This document shows positions 28,145 to 43,786 of a stretch of DNA of 64,000 bases, in pieces; position 1 is the stretch's first letter; each line of letters starts with the position of its first letter. Source of the DNA: Tricharina praecox. Taxonomy: Eukaryota. The DNA is taken from NCBI RefSeq assembly GCF_024521635.1, contig NW_026250418.1, positions 310,001-374,000 on the forward strand, written 5' to 3'. The notes under the pieces were generated by a model. That model was given only the letters and a program-made list of their open reading frames with translations, was not told the DNA's origin and ran no database searches. Position numbers and translations under genes: made by a program.

Positions 28145-29081
28145 ATGCGTACCTCGACCATCTCCCTCGTCGCAGCCGCGCTCATGGCCCACAGTGCCTT
28201 CGCCAAGGTCTCCTTCAACAGCACTGCGTCCGACTACAAGTTCGACGGCGTGATCCCGAGCGGAGTCCTGAGCAAGGAGTGCGGAGCCGTCTACGCCAAG
28301 GAGCTCTCCTGCCCCGAGCTCCTCTTCGAGCTCCGGGACCAGAGCACCGGCCCCACCCTCTTCAAGAAGACCGTTCTCGAAGAGTTCTGCACCAGCGACT
28401 GCATCGACTCCCTGAACTCCTGGGACAAGGAGCTCAACAAGACCTGCACAGACAAGGACAAGGCCGCCGTGGCCAAGCTCTCCTCCGGCGGCGAGTACCT
28501 CGCCCTCGCCCTCAACAACGCCCACCAGATCCAGGAGAACCTGTACTGGACCTTCTGTCTTGCCGACTCGTAAGGCGCCCTCCTCCCCAAAAACATTTAC
28601 GTCCCACTAACCACCCATCCACAGCGCCAAGGAGACCGACTTCTGCCTGGTGAAGAGCGACCTGCCGGCCTTCCCGAAGGGCGAGGACAGCAGCAGCGTC
28701 GTGCCCTTCTGCTCATCGAGCTGCCGCGTGCAGCAGTCGTTCCTGATCAACCACGCAGCAGAGATCGCCGGCGCGGACATCAGCATTTTCGAGTCGACGG
28801 TGTGTCCCAACGTCGACGTCTCGTCGTTCAAGATGAACGTGCTCATGCTCGAGGCCTTCGGCTCCTCTGAGGAGGCGTACGATGCGGAGGATACCGACTC
28901 AAAGATCCTGCCTGGTACTACCTACGAATACACGGCCCTCTTCGGCGACAGCGGAAACTCCACCGCAGGAAACTCTACCAGTGGTAACTCCACCGTCATC
29001 GAGAGCGAAGGCGCTGGTGCTAGGGCCGTTGTCTCGTGGGGTGCCCTGGCCGTCGCCGGTGTCGTTGCTCTCATAATCTAA
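28145..29081 (+). CDS. Secreted, probably GPI-anchored Cys-rich protein (~293 aa, 2 exons)
   Basis: Signal peptide MRTSTISLVAAALMAHSAFA. Intron 28570-28624 (GTAAGG..ACTAAC..CAG) joins FCLADS|AKETDFC. S/T/G-rich linker with three GNST N-glycosylation sites, then hydrophobic C-terminus GARAVVSWGALAVAGVVALII. TATA (CATATAA) at ~28072. Confidence 0.9.
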
Positions 29082-32000
29082 GGCTAAGGGAGGAGGGAAA
29101 AGTACTATTATCTTGTAATCTTTTTTTGTATATAGAGTCCTAGCAAGCTCGGGGCAGGAGTTTGGAGTGAGAGTAGATATGGGATGCAAATAGATTTTTT
29201 CGGTGCCCACCGACTGATGAAAGGTGTTTTGTGATTCTTCGGCTTCGATTTCTCTTCGGGGCTTGGAATGCTTCGCGGCATCGTTTTGGTCCCAGTACTC
29301 TAGTGAGATGTCATTCGCTAAAGGCTGCGGCCTCTCGTTGTCCAACCCACTCACCCAGCACAATTGGAATCTGCAATGTCCCATTCACTCTCTCTCGTTC
29401 ACTCACCTAGCCCTATCGTCTGCAACGTCCCATTCACTCTCTCGTTCACTAGAGTACCTATGCCAACCCATACCGCCCAGAATTCCCAAATTCTCAACGG
29501 CTCCCATTCAGTCGCCTCGTGTTGAATTTTCTCACCTTGAGTCTTCGCCCGAATTGCAGGAGCTTCCACGCAAGTTGGCAACCAGCAGCCACACACGCCC
29601 CGTTCATGAACGAGAGGTACCGTATATGTACGGCTGAAGAAGAAATGTCAGCTCATACGACGACAGTACTGGTACTAATCGAACCGGTGACTTTCTACGC
29701 AGTACCTCACCTAGGTATGTAAACACGAACCAGATGAGTTTCTCCAAGACCTATTGAACTCCACACGACGGTTAACGATCACGATCTTCCAGCCACTCAA
29801 TGATTTGTTCCGACCAGCCACACGAATCACAGATCACAAATCACGGATCACATATCGGCACCAGTCAATGCCCATTGCCACCACCCATATCGTCCGGAAA
29901 CATTTCCTCTTTGGGAGCTCTTCCCTTCTCTTCCCATGACGGTGTCCAATGCGAGGTATAGTAGGGGCCATTCTAGCGAAAGTGAAGGGGAAGGGAACGT
30001 GGGGTTCCGGAAGTCTCCCCGAGCTGAGCTTCTGGATCGTGGATGGGCTGTTATGGCGGGGGGTCAGCCACACCACACCTGCAACAAACGCCTCAACGAA
30101 ACGATTTCGGCTGCGGGTGAACGCTAGGTACCAGGCACAAAGCATAATAGAGACATCGCAGCCGAATGACGACGATAAACACCCCATATGGCGAGCAATT
30201 GCCCGACTAGGGGCTGGCGTGCGCGCAAACCCCTTCTTCTCACTGCTCAGGGCGGCTTTATTTTCTGCCGAAGAGCAACCCTGTAGCTGCAGCTGCAGAT
30301 GGGGATGGAGATGGAGAGTTCCCGTGGTAGCTAACTGATGCTGCCGATAGTTCTGGACCAGGGCAGATATGTAGGTACATACGACGACGTGGCCAACAAA
30401 TCATCGTCGAAATCAGCCGGCGTGGAGGCGAACTCGAATCCCAGCACATTTATGTAGGTACACTTCACTTCTTTCTCGGAAGGATCCGTAAACGTGAACG
30501 TGTTTGCGGTCAAATATCGAACATCATGCGAACGAAAAAAATTACGTCCCACTCGACAAGTCACAGAATCGTCAAAGAACACGGCATGTCAAGCATGTAC
30601 TACCTACTCTGCAAGGATCCGCGAGATATGGAGAAGGGATCACCTATCAGTCAGCGTCATGCGTAGTTATCGTCATGCGTATCATAATTCCTACATAAAT
30701 CATACATACCCGCGTCCGATCATTTTTTGTGGATCGATTCGCGAAGCGCTTGGACCATCCCGGGTGAGACGGGCCGGGGGGGGTTGGGGTGTCGGGGTGT
30801 GTCTCACCCTTTTTGCGGGGTCGGTCGGCTCGGTGAAACGACGACGGCTTCATCTTCAAGCTCTTGCACTTTTGCCTGGCGATTGAGTCGTAGTGCAATA
30901 AAAGGACTACGGCTCGGTAGTTTTTTCTGAGGGAGGGAGGGGAGCGAGGGAGAGCGAAGGCAAGCGAGCATTGACGCGCAGAGATCTGCAGAACGGCATT
31001 AGTTAATTCCTCGGAAACGTCAGGGACAGAAACCCTGGCGGGGTTTACTGCGCAAGCCACCCCCGCGGACTCCTGCAATAGCCTGCAATGGCAGTGTATA
31101 GCGAGTCATGCGCCGTTGCCTACGTCCCCGCACGTGGGAATAACTCGTGTGGCTGGTATGTAGCTCGCGGGGGGCTAGTTAACTAACCCTGAGTCACGAC
31201 GGGTTCTATCGTTTCGGATGGATTGTTTCTAACGTCCTTGATGCACCGTGTACGGGTCATGTCAGCTCAACGAGACGTCTAGTGTGGCTGATCACGCTCC
31301 CCCCTTCCCCTCCCCCCTCCCCAGCCACCACGATATCGCGGAGTGGTGCTACATACATCCTACCGGTATGGAGAACTTCCGGCGACGCGACGGAGGGGTA
31401 GCAGTTGAGTGCTGTCTGCAGCTTGCAGCCTGGAGGGCGAGGTGGTTCGCGTTCCCCTTATTGATTGATTGATCCGCAGCTGCTATGTGCCTAACGGCTC
31501 TTCCAGGACTTTTGCCCCGTCCTGTAAGCTGTAAGCTCTCTCATCCGATACGCAGCAGAGATACTTTTGCCACACCCTCCCCTTCTCCGCTCCCGTCCCA
31601 GCCACCCTCTCTCCCTGAGCCCTCACGGAATACCTATCCAGGTAGGTGCCGTCGTCATCGAAACATCAATGCTTCGCCAGCCACATTTTCTGGGAGAATC
31701 GCGCGCATTGCGATTACGACGGAGGAGAACGGAGGGCGGAACTTCCGTCTGCAGCTGCAGGTACGTACGGTGTGGCTCCGCTCATGCACCAGCCCCAAAT
31801 CCCTGATGAATTTGCTTTGCTTTCCTTGTAGGTAGGCGGAATCTCGCCCCCGTCGATAGAGTAGGTAGAGTAGGTGGAAGTGAATGAGGTATCCAGGTAC
31901 CCGAGAGACGTAAGTGTGCCACGACTGGCCGTGGACGGCCGAGTCAGTTCATCATGCTCATGCCTCGCGTCCGGGTCCGGCTGTTCGTGCCGCGGAGGGA

Positions 32001-33600
32001 TGTGAAATCATCCCTGTGAATAAATCGAATCAATGCTGTGTATATCTGATGCTAGTTAGTATGTAAAATCCTGCAATTGATATTGCATTGTATTATAATT
32101 GTATTGCACGTATGTGCAAGGCGGAAGAACAAACAAAATCCCTGTGCTGGCGCTCGGAACGAGAACATACCGGGAATTAATAGAGACGGAAGGTATCAGT
32201 GTCCCATTCGTTCACTGTCACGATGCCCGAAAACCGGGGAAACACACACCGAACAGTTGTAAACTTCTTTCAATGCCGAGTGATATTCCAAGCTACGTCT
32301 TCATTTGTGCATCACTCGGTGCTTGCTCGCTCGCAGTTGAAAAATGCTCGTAAATATTTCCGCTGATTGATTCGCAAACTCAGCGGACGAGCAGGTAGCC
32401 ATACTAGAAAGACATGCTAGAAAGCTAGAAAGAAGGAGAAGCAAGTAAGTATGAAAATTAAATCTTGGACGAGTGACAATGTGGCTTTTGAACGAGACGA
32501 GAATCACAACACGTTGCAGACACGAGATCTGTAACTAAAGTAGGGCATTCCGACTTACGAGATTTCGCCGTAGTCTGTCTCGATAGGTTGGCCAAAAGGT
32601 TAAAGCGAATGATGAATCGTCGGACATGCTATGACACAGCAGTAGTAGGTAGCAGCAGCAGCAGCAGCAGGAATATACCGTAACATATTCTCCCCTCCCC
32701 GAGCCTACATACCTACCATAATTGCTAAGCTTTTAAGCATACAGTCTACAAGTCCCCGGCTTATCCGTCGCTATTCGCCAGCCCCGACATGTCTGCGGTA
32801 CCCTAGTGCCGCAGCCCCCCGTGCCCCAGTGTCATCGACGATGCGCCGCAAAGTCTTGCATCATGAGCCAGCACTCTTCCTGAGCGAGTGATATCCCAGG
32901 TACCCACGCATCGCACTATCGACTCCTCCATAGTGTATCACTCGCTCGATAAACCACCGTGGCTGCGTAAGTGGTCATTCAGCTTGGATGGTCATTCACG
33001 TATCTAGCTGCCTATGTAGTTGCCAGTAGGTATACCAGGGAAGTTACTTTGAATGGGTAGTGCGGGGGGTTGAATATTGGCGAGCGCCACTTCCAAGAGC
33101 TGCGCACGCTTGGCTCCTCAGTCCTGCAAATACTCTAGTCTTGACCTTCGTCCGAAGCAACTCGCAGTCTCGCACAGGACTGTTCACACCTCCGTATATG
33201 CTCACCGTTCTACCACCTCACTATTCCTTGGAACATCACTTTACTTCCCCATCTCAATTCATTCACCTCACCGCACCTCAACTCCCCTCATCCCACCCCC
33301 TTCCTACAGGATACAACATTCGGAATCAAAACATTCGAACTCAAAAGAAGAAAAAAGAATTAACACATCGATTACGCACAACTATAGCCAGCCCACTGGT
33401 GAGTCGTGACTCTCCGCCTCCACCTCCACCTTCTTTACATAGTAACCGACCGACCTCCGTGCGGGAAGCAAGAAAAAAGAAAAAGAAAAAATATCATCCA
33501 TCATCAAAGCACTGCACTAGCCGCAAAAGAAATCCATAACCACAATCCATTCATACCCCCCAGGATCTACTTCGCACACCTAGGTACACCCTATCCCATC

Positions 33601-35926
33601 CTAACTCTGCGCGCGACTCCCATTCGGCAAGAACAGTTCATTCTGCCTATAATAGTCCTGCGGGGGCGGAGATCCAGCTGGCGGCTCCGAAGGCGGCTGT
33701 TGTGGCTGTTGTGGCTGGCTCTGGGGGCCCGTGTAGTAGTCCTGCGGCTGCGGGGGGCGCTGGGAGGTGTACGCCTGGTAGCTCTGCGGGGGAGCCGCGG
33801 CTTGGGTTTGGGCTTGGTAGCTCTGCGCAGGCTGTGGAGATCCTTGGAGCGGCGGGTAGGGGTGCTGCGGGGTGACGGGGGAGGGGCCGTCGGCGCCCGG
33901 GTAGCTGGGTTGGTGGACATTGAGGGGGCGCTGGTAGCCGTAGGGAGGATAGGAGGTGGAAGCGGAGGGGGTGATGGGGCGGCCGCCGGTGAAGCTGGAT
34001 TCGTGCGCGGGCTCGATGGGCGTGTCGTAGACGGAGGTGGCGAGCTCTTGCGGCGCCGGGTGGCCGTCGGGGGCTTTGTAGGCGTTGCTGGGAGGTGCCG
34101 AGGGCGCGGTTTGCGGTGGCGGGTAGTGGTGGCCGGCTTGGGCGGGGGAGACGGAGCTTGTGCGGCCTCCGTGGGGAAGGTGACCACCTGGAGCCATTTG
34201 GCCAACTACGTAGAAGGGGGCGGATGCACCTTGGGGTGGCTGGTGTTGTTGTTGCTGCTGCTGCTGCTGTTGGTCTTCGCGGTGCTGCGGTGGCTGCTGC
34301 TGCTCCTCGTGTGGCTGTTGGTAGTACTGACGCCCACCCGGCGGGCCACCAGGACCACCATGTGCCGGCTTGGGTTGCTGGTGTTGTGGGGGGCCGTATG
34401 GGCTAGCGCTCTGCGGTGATGCCGAGGGAGCGTGGTGTGGCGGCGCGTTCGAATAATATTGTCCCGGGTTGCCATACGCATCAGCAGGTGGGTATGTGTA
34501 AGGGTTAGCAGCAGCTGGCGGCCGTCCATAATGTGCCGCGGCTGTCTGCGACATGGATGACTCGAGCAGCAACTCGTAATCCCTCCGGGCTTTGATGAAC
34601 TTTTCATTCAGCGCCACAAAATCATCTGCAGTATATCAGCACGCGTTAATTCCACATCATCACCATCATAGGCCAGACATACCCTTCTTCTGCGAATACT
34701 TCCCAATGAGCTCAATAAGCTTCGGTCTGATCTGGAGGGTAGAGTGATAGAGCGTCGTGATCTCATCATTATCCTGAGCGGCGGAGTTTCCCTCGCTAGT
34801 ACTCAGCAGGGCCAGGAGCTTCTCGACATTCTTAATCTGGCCAAACACCTCCGCCTCCATCTGCGCATCCTTCTGCAGCTCTTCGGCCGTGGGATCCGCC
34901 AGCTTCTCGACATAGTTCAGCGGGAAGATACCCGTCTGGCCGCGCAACGACCCCTTCCACCAGTCTTTGTACACGCTCTCCAGCACCGCAATGATGTCGC
35001 CCTTGCGGAACGCCAGCTCCGTCGTCTCCGACGGAACAAAGTCGTAGAGCGCGCGCACCCTCGACACCGTCGCCGCAGTAGTGTGTGTAACCGGCGCCGG
35101 CTGCGGGGTTGCAGCTGCAGCTGCAGCAGCCGCTGCCGCTGCCACAGCAGGTTGGGAATTACTCGGACCGGGCTGGCCCGTTGCCGGGGCCGGGGCCTTG
35201 CTTGCCGTCTGCGCCGCCTGCGCATTCGCCTTCTCTTTCAGCGAGATCTCGAGCGCCAGCTGCAGCTCCTCCTCCTCCTTCTGCCGGTCCACCGACGTGA
35301 TCTCGCGCTTCGTGGGTTTCGACGGGGGGTGAATATTCGGATCTGTGCGTCGTGTCTCATCAGTCCCCTACTCCCAACCCCACTCCCACCCCACTCCCAC
35401 CCCACTCCCACCCCACACCCTCGAGAAAGGGCACCTACTCGCAGACTTCAACCGATTAAACGCCTGTTCCATGACTCCCAGCCCGGGATCATTCCTAAAC
35501 ATTTCGCTCCAATCCGCCATCTTCTGCAGAATTCCCGACTTAACCGCCTGATGCGTATTCCTATCTCCCGCGAGCCTGAGCAGCGCATCGGTGAACGCGC
35601 GCGAGGCTAACTCTCTGTGCATAGCGGCACCACAGTTCTGCGTGAACCCGTGTGCCAGCTCCAGCGTGTATAGCTGCACGTTGGCGTTGCGGTGCGCAAG
35701 TCGCTTTATTAATGCGGCCACGGCGTCTTTCGGCCCGTCTTCCCCCGCTGCATTCACCTTTTCCCATGCGTCCATCATGTACTCCCAGTTCTCCGAGGTG
35801 AGCGTCTCGTCGGTCGCCTTGGCTGGAACACGGATCGGGATGTTAGCGGGATGCAGTGAGGGGGAAGCAAAGGGAGGACGACTTGCCGACGACGTCGTCA
35901 AACGCATTGGTTTGCGTTCGGAACAT
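33601..35926 (-). CDS. HSE1: ESCRT-0 subunit Hse1 (VHS-UIM-SH3-GAT, Pro/Gln-rich tail), 4 exons
   Basis: VHS: MFRTQTNAFDDVV|AKATDETLTSENWEY...KRLAHRNANVQLYTLEL. UIM: EEEELQLALEISL. SH3: VRALYDF...LAFRKGDII...WWKGSLRGQTGIFPLNYV. GAT: RPKLIELIGKYSQKK|DDFVALNEKFIKARRDYE. Confidence 0.96.
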
Positions 35927-36378
35927 GGTAGGGAAATTCTGGCTGGCTACTGGTATCTGTATCTATCTAGCTGCTGCTGCTGTCTGCCTAATTGCTGTCT
36001 GTTTGCCCGTCTGTTGTCTGTCTGTGTAACGACGACGAGTGGTGTAAAACTAGCCGATACGATCTGTCGGCGGTGGGTGGAGATAGTCGTTGTTGTGGTA
36101 GAGAGGCAGAGCAGTTAACTACAGCGCTGGTAGGTAGAGTACGGTAGGTAGCAGACGAGGTTGAAGTTAAGTTGACAGGATCGATGAGGTTTGAGCGATG
36201 GGATGGGGGGGATGAAAGAGGGTGGGGCTGCGTAATGGCGTTGACGTACCCTAGCTGCAGCCCAGCTTTACTCGTACCCATATAGCTCGGCCAGTTGACT
36301 GCGCCACGGTGGTGGGGAGGCTTGAGCGTTGAAAAGCAGGCTTTTGGCGCGGCGGCGGCGCCGCGCCGCGTGGGAGGC

Positions 36379-36433
36379 GCAGTCGGCGTAGAAATGTGGC
36401 GAGTGCAGTCAGCGTAGAAATGTGGCGGGTGCA
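36379..36433. repeat. 26-bp tandem duplication
   Basis: gcagtcggcgtagaaatgtggcgagt / gcagtcagcgtagaaatgtggcgggt / gca. Confidence 0.85.
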
Positions 36434-36471
36434 GGATCAGCATCACTCGGTTGAACATTGAAATTTGTCAC

Positions 36472-36840
36472 GGTGGAAAGTTGTAAGCTCAGCAGAAATC
36501 CGGACAGAGACCTGACCAAAATCCAGAGATGGCCCCCAAGCGCCTGGCCTCGAGATTCTACCAACTCAAGACAGGTCACTGCCTCACCGGCCAGCACCTC
36601 CAGTGGACGAAAAGCCGACCGGATGCCCGTTGTGGCTGGTGCCGCTACAAGACACAGACTCGGGAGCACCTCTTCAAAAATTGCCCTGAATGGAAAAGTC
36701 AGCAAAAGACACTATGGGAAGAAGTCCGGAAGCAGACAAGGAGGGGCAAAGACCGCTTCAAAATTCGGGACCTCTTTGCAGATGAGCGATGCAGCAAGGC
36801 CATCCTAGAGTTCCTCTCCTCCACTGATGTGGGCAGACCT
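36472..36840 (+). mobile_element. Non-LTR retrotransposon (LINE, Tad1-like) 3' ORF2 fragment: C-terminal CCHC zinc-finger region
   Basis: ORF 36529-36873 reads KRLASRFYQLKTGHCLTGQHL...CGWCRYKTQTREHLFKNCPEW...AILEFLSSTDVGR, matching the QL+TGH..CxxC..xEHxxxxC..FLxxTxxG pattern at the end of fungal LINE pol proteins. No RT domain present. Confidence 0.88.
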
Positions 36841-37844
36841 TCCAACAGTTCAACCAACCAACTGTTGGGGTAGTGAACTGAACCAACTGGCAAACTTAAC
36901 CAACTGCTAGGTTTTGAACTGGGAAAACTGCTTGTCCCATCAGTTCAGCTCGGCTTAAAAGTTTGGGCTAAACCCGTCGCCACCACAAACCCACCGGCCA
37001 ACCGCCTATATACAACCCACTACCCAGTCGCTACTATCAATCCAGCGCCCAGTACGTAGAACGCCGCCGGTTGACGAGCTTGGAAGCCTTGTTGATTGCT
37101 TGTCGAGAGGAGTGTTCAAAACAGTCCTACCGCGATCCAATGGTGGCTAGGTAGAACCACGGCAACGTCGACGTTTTCCTAACCTCAGCCGAATGGCCAT
37201 TGACTTTCTGTCTAGGTATACTAGCCATGTCGGCTGAGGTGGGTTGAACGGCTGTTCTCCGAGTGCGAGATGATTCTGACTGGTCATCGGCACATACTGG
37301 GTACCGAGAGTGTTGAAGCCCTGGAGAGTACCTATCCAAGCCAACGGTATCGATCTCCGTGGTTGACCGAGTGCCATCTCGAGTCAATAATCGTGAATGA
37401 CTCTGATTGACTCCGGGACACGTTTTTCGTCAATAAACGTAATTGACCGGAGCGGGTCCCAAGTCAATAATCCTGATTGACATAGATTGACTCGGGTGCA
37501 TGTGCATGTTTTGTCATTTACCGTAATTGACTCTGCGCCATCAAGCGGTTCAATCGCCGTGCTCCCATGGGTAGCACCGTAGCATCAGAGTAGTACTTCA
37601 AATCTAGTACTGTACATCTTCTATCGCTCTTTCCGTGAGCATGGGAACCTATCTCGCCCAGTTTAGCTGCCCGGGTTGAACTGGCAGTTCTGCCAGTTTT
37701 TCCCGGGAACAACTGCCAGACATACATACCTAAACCAACTGGGAGCTGACAGCCTCTGCTCCCAACTGAACCGGGAACAAAATCAACCAGAACTGAACTG
37801 TACGGCATCAGCTTTGACCGCGGCAAAAGAGAGGCGATCCTTTC

Positions 37845-38920
37845 CAAGATGTCCCTAGGAACGAGAAGGCGAACGAATATTCCAAACCAGCAGGCGACAA
37901 CTCCATCGACAACCCCACCGCCCGCCGGCGGAGTGGGGGGCACCCGCTACACGAATAAGTACCTACGGCACCAGCCAGTTACCCCCTCCGTCACTCCCAT
38001 ACCCGAGCACCCGAGCACCTTCGACGAGGCATCACAGACAGAAAGCAAGTAGGTAGAAGGAAGCCAAGGCATGGGCCGTCATAACAGCAAAGTCACTCAC
38101 TAGAAGTACTCTACCTACCGGTACAACCAGAAATCCGACCGAAAACCTGGCCAGAGACCTGACCCAATTCCAGCGCTGGCCCCCAAGGCTCAAGCGCCTG
38201 GCCTCGAGGTTCTACCAGTAAGCAACTGAAGACAGCGCACTGCCTTACCCAGCATTATCGGCCAGTGCCTCCAAATGCTAATGGACGAAGAAAGAACCGC
38301 CGCAATGCCCGCTACAAAACCCAGACCCAACCCCGATTACACCATTCCAAACCCACCGCGACCAGAAAACCCAACCAACCAGCCAACCAGCCAACCAGCC
38401 AGCCAGCAATCCAGCCAGCCAACCAGCCAGCAAGCAGAAACCACCACAATACACCAGCAAACACTGTGAGCCCAGGTTCAGGTCCAGGTCCAGATCCCTC
38501 AGGTCCCTCTTTGTCTGCTTCCGGGGGGGGGGGGGGGGGGGGGCAAAGACCGATTAAAGACAGCTTCAAGATCCGGGACCTCTAAGCTCTTCGCAGACGA
38601 GCGGTGCAGCCAGGCAGCCAGGCCAGGCCAGGCCATCCTCCACTTCCTTTCCTTTCCGCCACTGCGATGGACCGGTGGGCAGGTGGGCTGGCGGATCTCA
38701 GAGGCTGAGGCTGGTGAGGAAGATGAGGAAGATGAATGAGGAAGATGAGGAATGCAGTAAGCAAGTGAGGTGTCCGAGTGGAGTGGGAGCTGAGGAAGTG
38801 GGAAGAGATGGAGCTGGGTGCGGCGGCGGCTCCAGGAGGCGGCGGCTTGGGATAGAAACGCGAGGAGGGAGCAGAGTTTGTCTTTTCATAGTGTTATTTC
38901 TTTGGTGCGCTCTCAGGTCG
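37845..38920 (+). mobile_element. Second, heavily degenerate 5'-truncated copy of the same LINE family
   Basis: 37848-37892 translates DVPRNEKANEYSKPA, resembling the RNase H GNExADxxAK motif. 38151-38670 aligns by eye with 36503-36838 (cagagacctgacc, aagcgcctggcctcgag.ttctacca, gggcaaagaccg, ttcaa.at.cgggacctct, gcaga.gagcg.tgcagc, aggccatcct) but is broken by many short insertions and SSRs. Confidence 0.8.
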
Positions 38921-39371
38921 CATGCAATCAATGATTACACAAAAACAAAAGGTGGAAAGTTGTATCATAAGCTCAGCAGAACTCCGGCTCCATTGCTTCC
39001 TATCATTATGCTCCCATTTCGATTCCCCACAAGCAAAAAATCGAATCAAATCCAAATCAAACGGCTTAGGCATGGCTCCTCCCTCCATAGGCACCCTCAA
39101 CCTCAACATCAACCAACTCAACCAACTGAACCACAGAACAGAACCACATCGTCATCATAGCACACAATTCGCTGCTATACAACCCAACAAAAAGACCCCA
39201 AACCAAACAGACGCGCACGAGAGAAGTATCTATATCAATCATCAAATCCCATTTCCAAACCCTGCCCGTAGGTAAGTAGCAAAAATAAATAAATCAAAGT
39301 TTACGCCAGACGGATTACACAAATTTCAACGGAAAAGAGGCCGAAACACAGATTGCAGGTGACTCAGGTGA

Positions 39372-42236
<2,865 letters not shown>

Positions 42237-43786
42237 AGCTTCGGCACCAATATGTAACTTTGCTTTGCTTGGGTGCTTGGTTGCTTGCTTGAGCTTTGAG
42301 TTTTGGTTTGACCAAGTGACTGGGGGCGGGGAGGGAGGGGGGGAGTCAGGCCAAAGAAAGTGGCTTGTTTTTTTTTCCTTCTTTCTTTTTTTTTCTTCTT
42401 CTCCTTCTTCTTTCTTTTCCTTCCCTCTCAATCAGAGCAAGTCGCGCCTCGGTTCTCCGCGATTAATTCTGGAAGTAGGTAGGAGGGTGTGGAGGATGTG
42501 TTGCAAACAAGTTCTGGCAGACAGACAGGCGAGGCGGGCAGCAAGCAAGCAAGCTTCGTTCTTCCTTACTTACTTCGCGACTGGCAGCAGCTGGCGCGGG
42601 GGCTGGGCTGGGTCGGGGTGAGGGTTGGGTTTCGGGGAGGGTGGTGGGAGGGGGGGTGGGAGGATGGGTGTGGTGGTGGTGGTAGTGTTGGTTTGGGTGT
42701 GGTTGGTTGGACGAGAATGGATGGATGGGCTTTTCGGGGACACTTTTTGGAGGGTGGGAGGTAGATTGCGGCAATTTGGCAGGGCGATGAAGACGAATCT
42801 CAAGGAGTATGGATGGATGAATGGGAGTATGGGAGGATTGCAGAGTTGTGCGTGTAAGCCGGGGTGGAGTTGTGAGACCGGGGGGGAGGTCGAGAGGTGG
42901 AGTTCACACGGTTGGGTAGGTAGGAGGTATGCAGTGTTTCGTTCGGTCGTCTGTGGCGGGCGGCGGCGGCTGCGAGGCGGAGGAGGAGGAGGAGGTGGTG
43001 GTGGTGGAGGCGAGGTGTCGCTGGTGGTGGTAGTATCGATGGTGGTGGTGGTGGTGGTGGGCAGCGGTGGTGGTGGTGGGTGGGACGTGATGGTAGGACT
43101 GGACGCGGTGGATGTACGGGGCGGGTAGATGGTATGGGGATGTGAGGTCGATGTTTCTCCCTCGCAGCGAATCAAGAGCTGACTCGCGAACTGGCGCGGA
43201 ACCATCGAATGCGCCGCTACTTCGAACGGGGATGGCATGGCATGGAATGGCAGTGAGTGATGGACACGGTCGCGCTGAGCTGCATGGGGACTACAATAGT
43301 TAGCAATAATAATAAGACCTAACGGACACACAGCAACGCTGTGGCACAGCTTATCACGGTGAAGTGCCAATCCGACCCACGACTATCGCCAGAACAGGAG
43401 GTATTAGCTTGTATAGCATTTCGACGCAGTGGACTCCACATAACGGTCTGCACAGTGTAACCACGAGATGTTCTGTAGGGCTTGCCTGCAGATCGGCTGC
43501 CTGTCCCGAATCTTTGCAACTTGCAAGCCATGTCCAGGCCTTGGAAGTATTGTGAGTACCAGGAGCTGCCAGTAAGTGGTGCCGCACCACCATCACTCAT
43601 TGATAGCACTAGTCTATATTAGAAGCGCACTAAGCTAAATACAATCAATGAGTGAGGGGTTGTGACTAAGTTGTGTGGGGAAAAAAAAAATGCTAAGTTG
43701 TATGGGGGAAAACCTGGTGAGGCAGCACTTACCCTTTCACCCGAGTACATAGAACCCACTCAATTCCGCCTCTTACATACCCAAAG

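Noticed and set aside
33406..35610. 337-aa and 288-aa plus-strand ORFs
   Set aside because: Antisense shadows of GC-rich HSE1 exons
36529..36873. Stand-alone zinc-finger gene
   Set aside because: Better explained as the C-terminus of a LINE ORF2; a second decayed copy lies 1.6 kb away
42570..43370. 266-aa Pro/Thr-rich minus-strand ORF upstream of STE20
   Set aside because: Composed of (GGT)n/(GGA)n low-complexity DNA in the STE20 leader/promoter region
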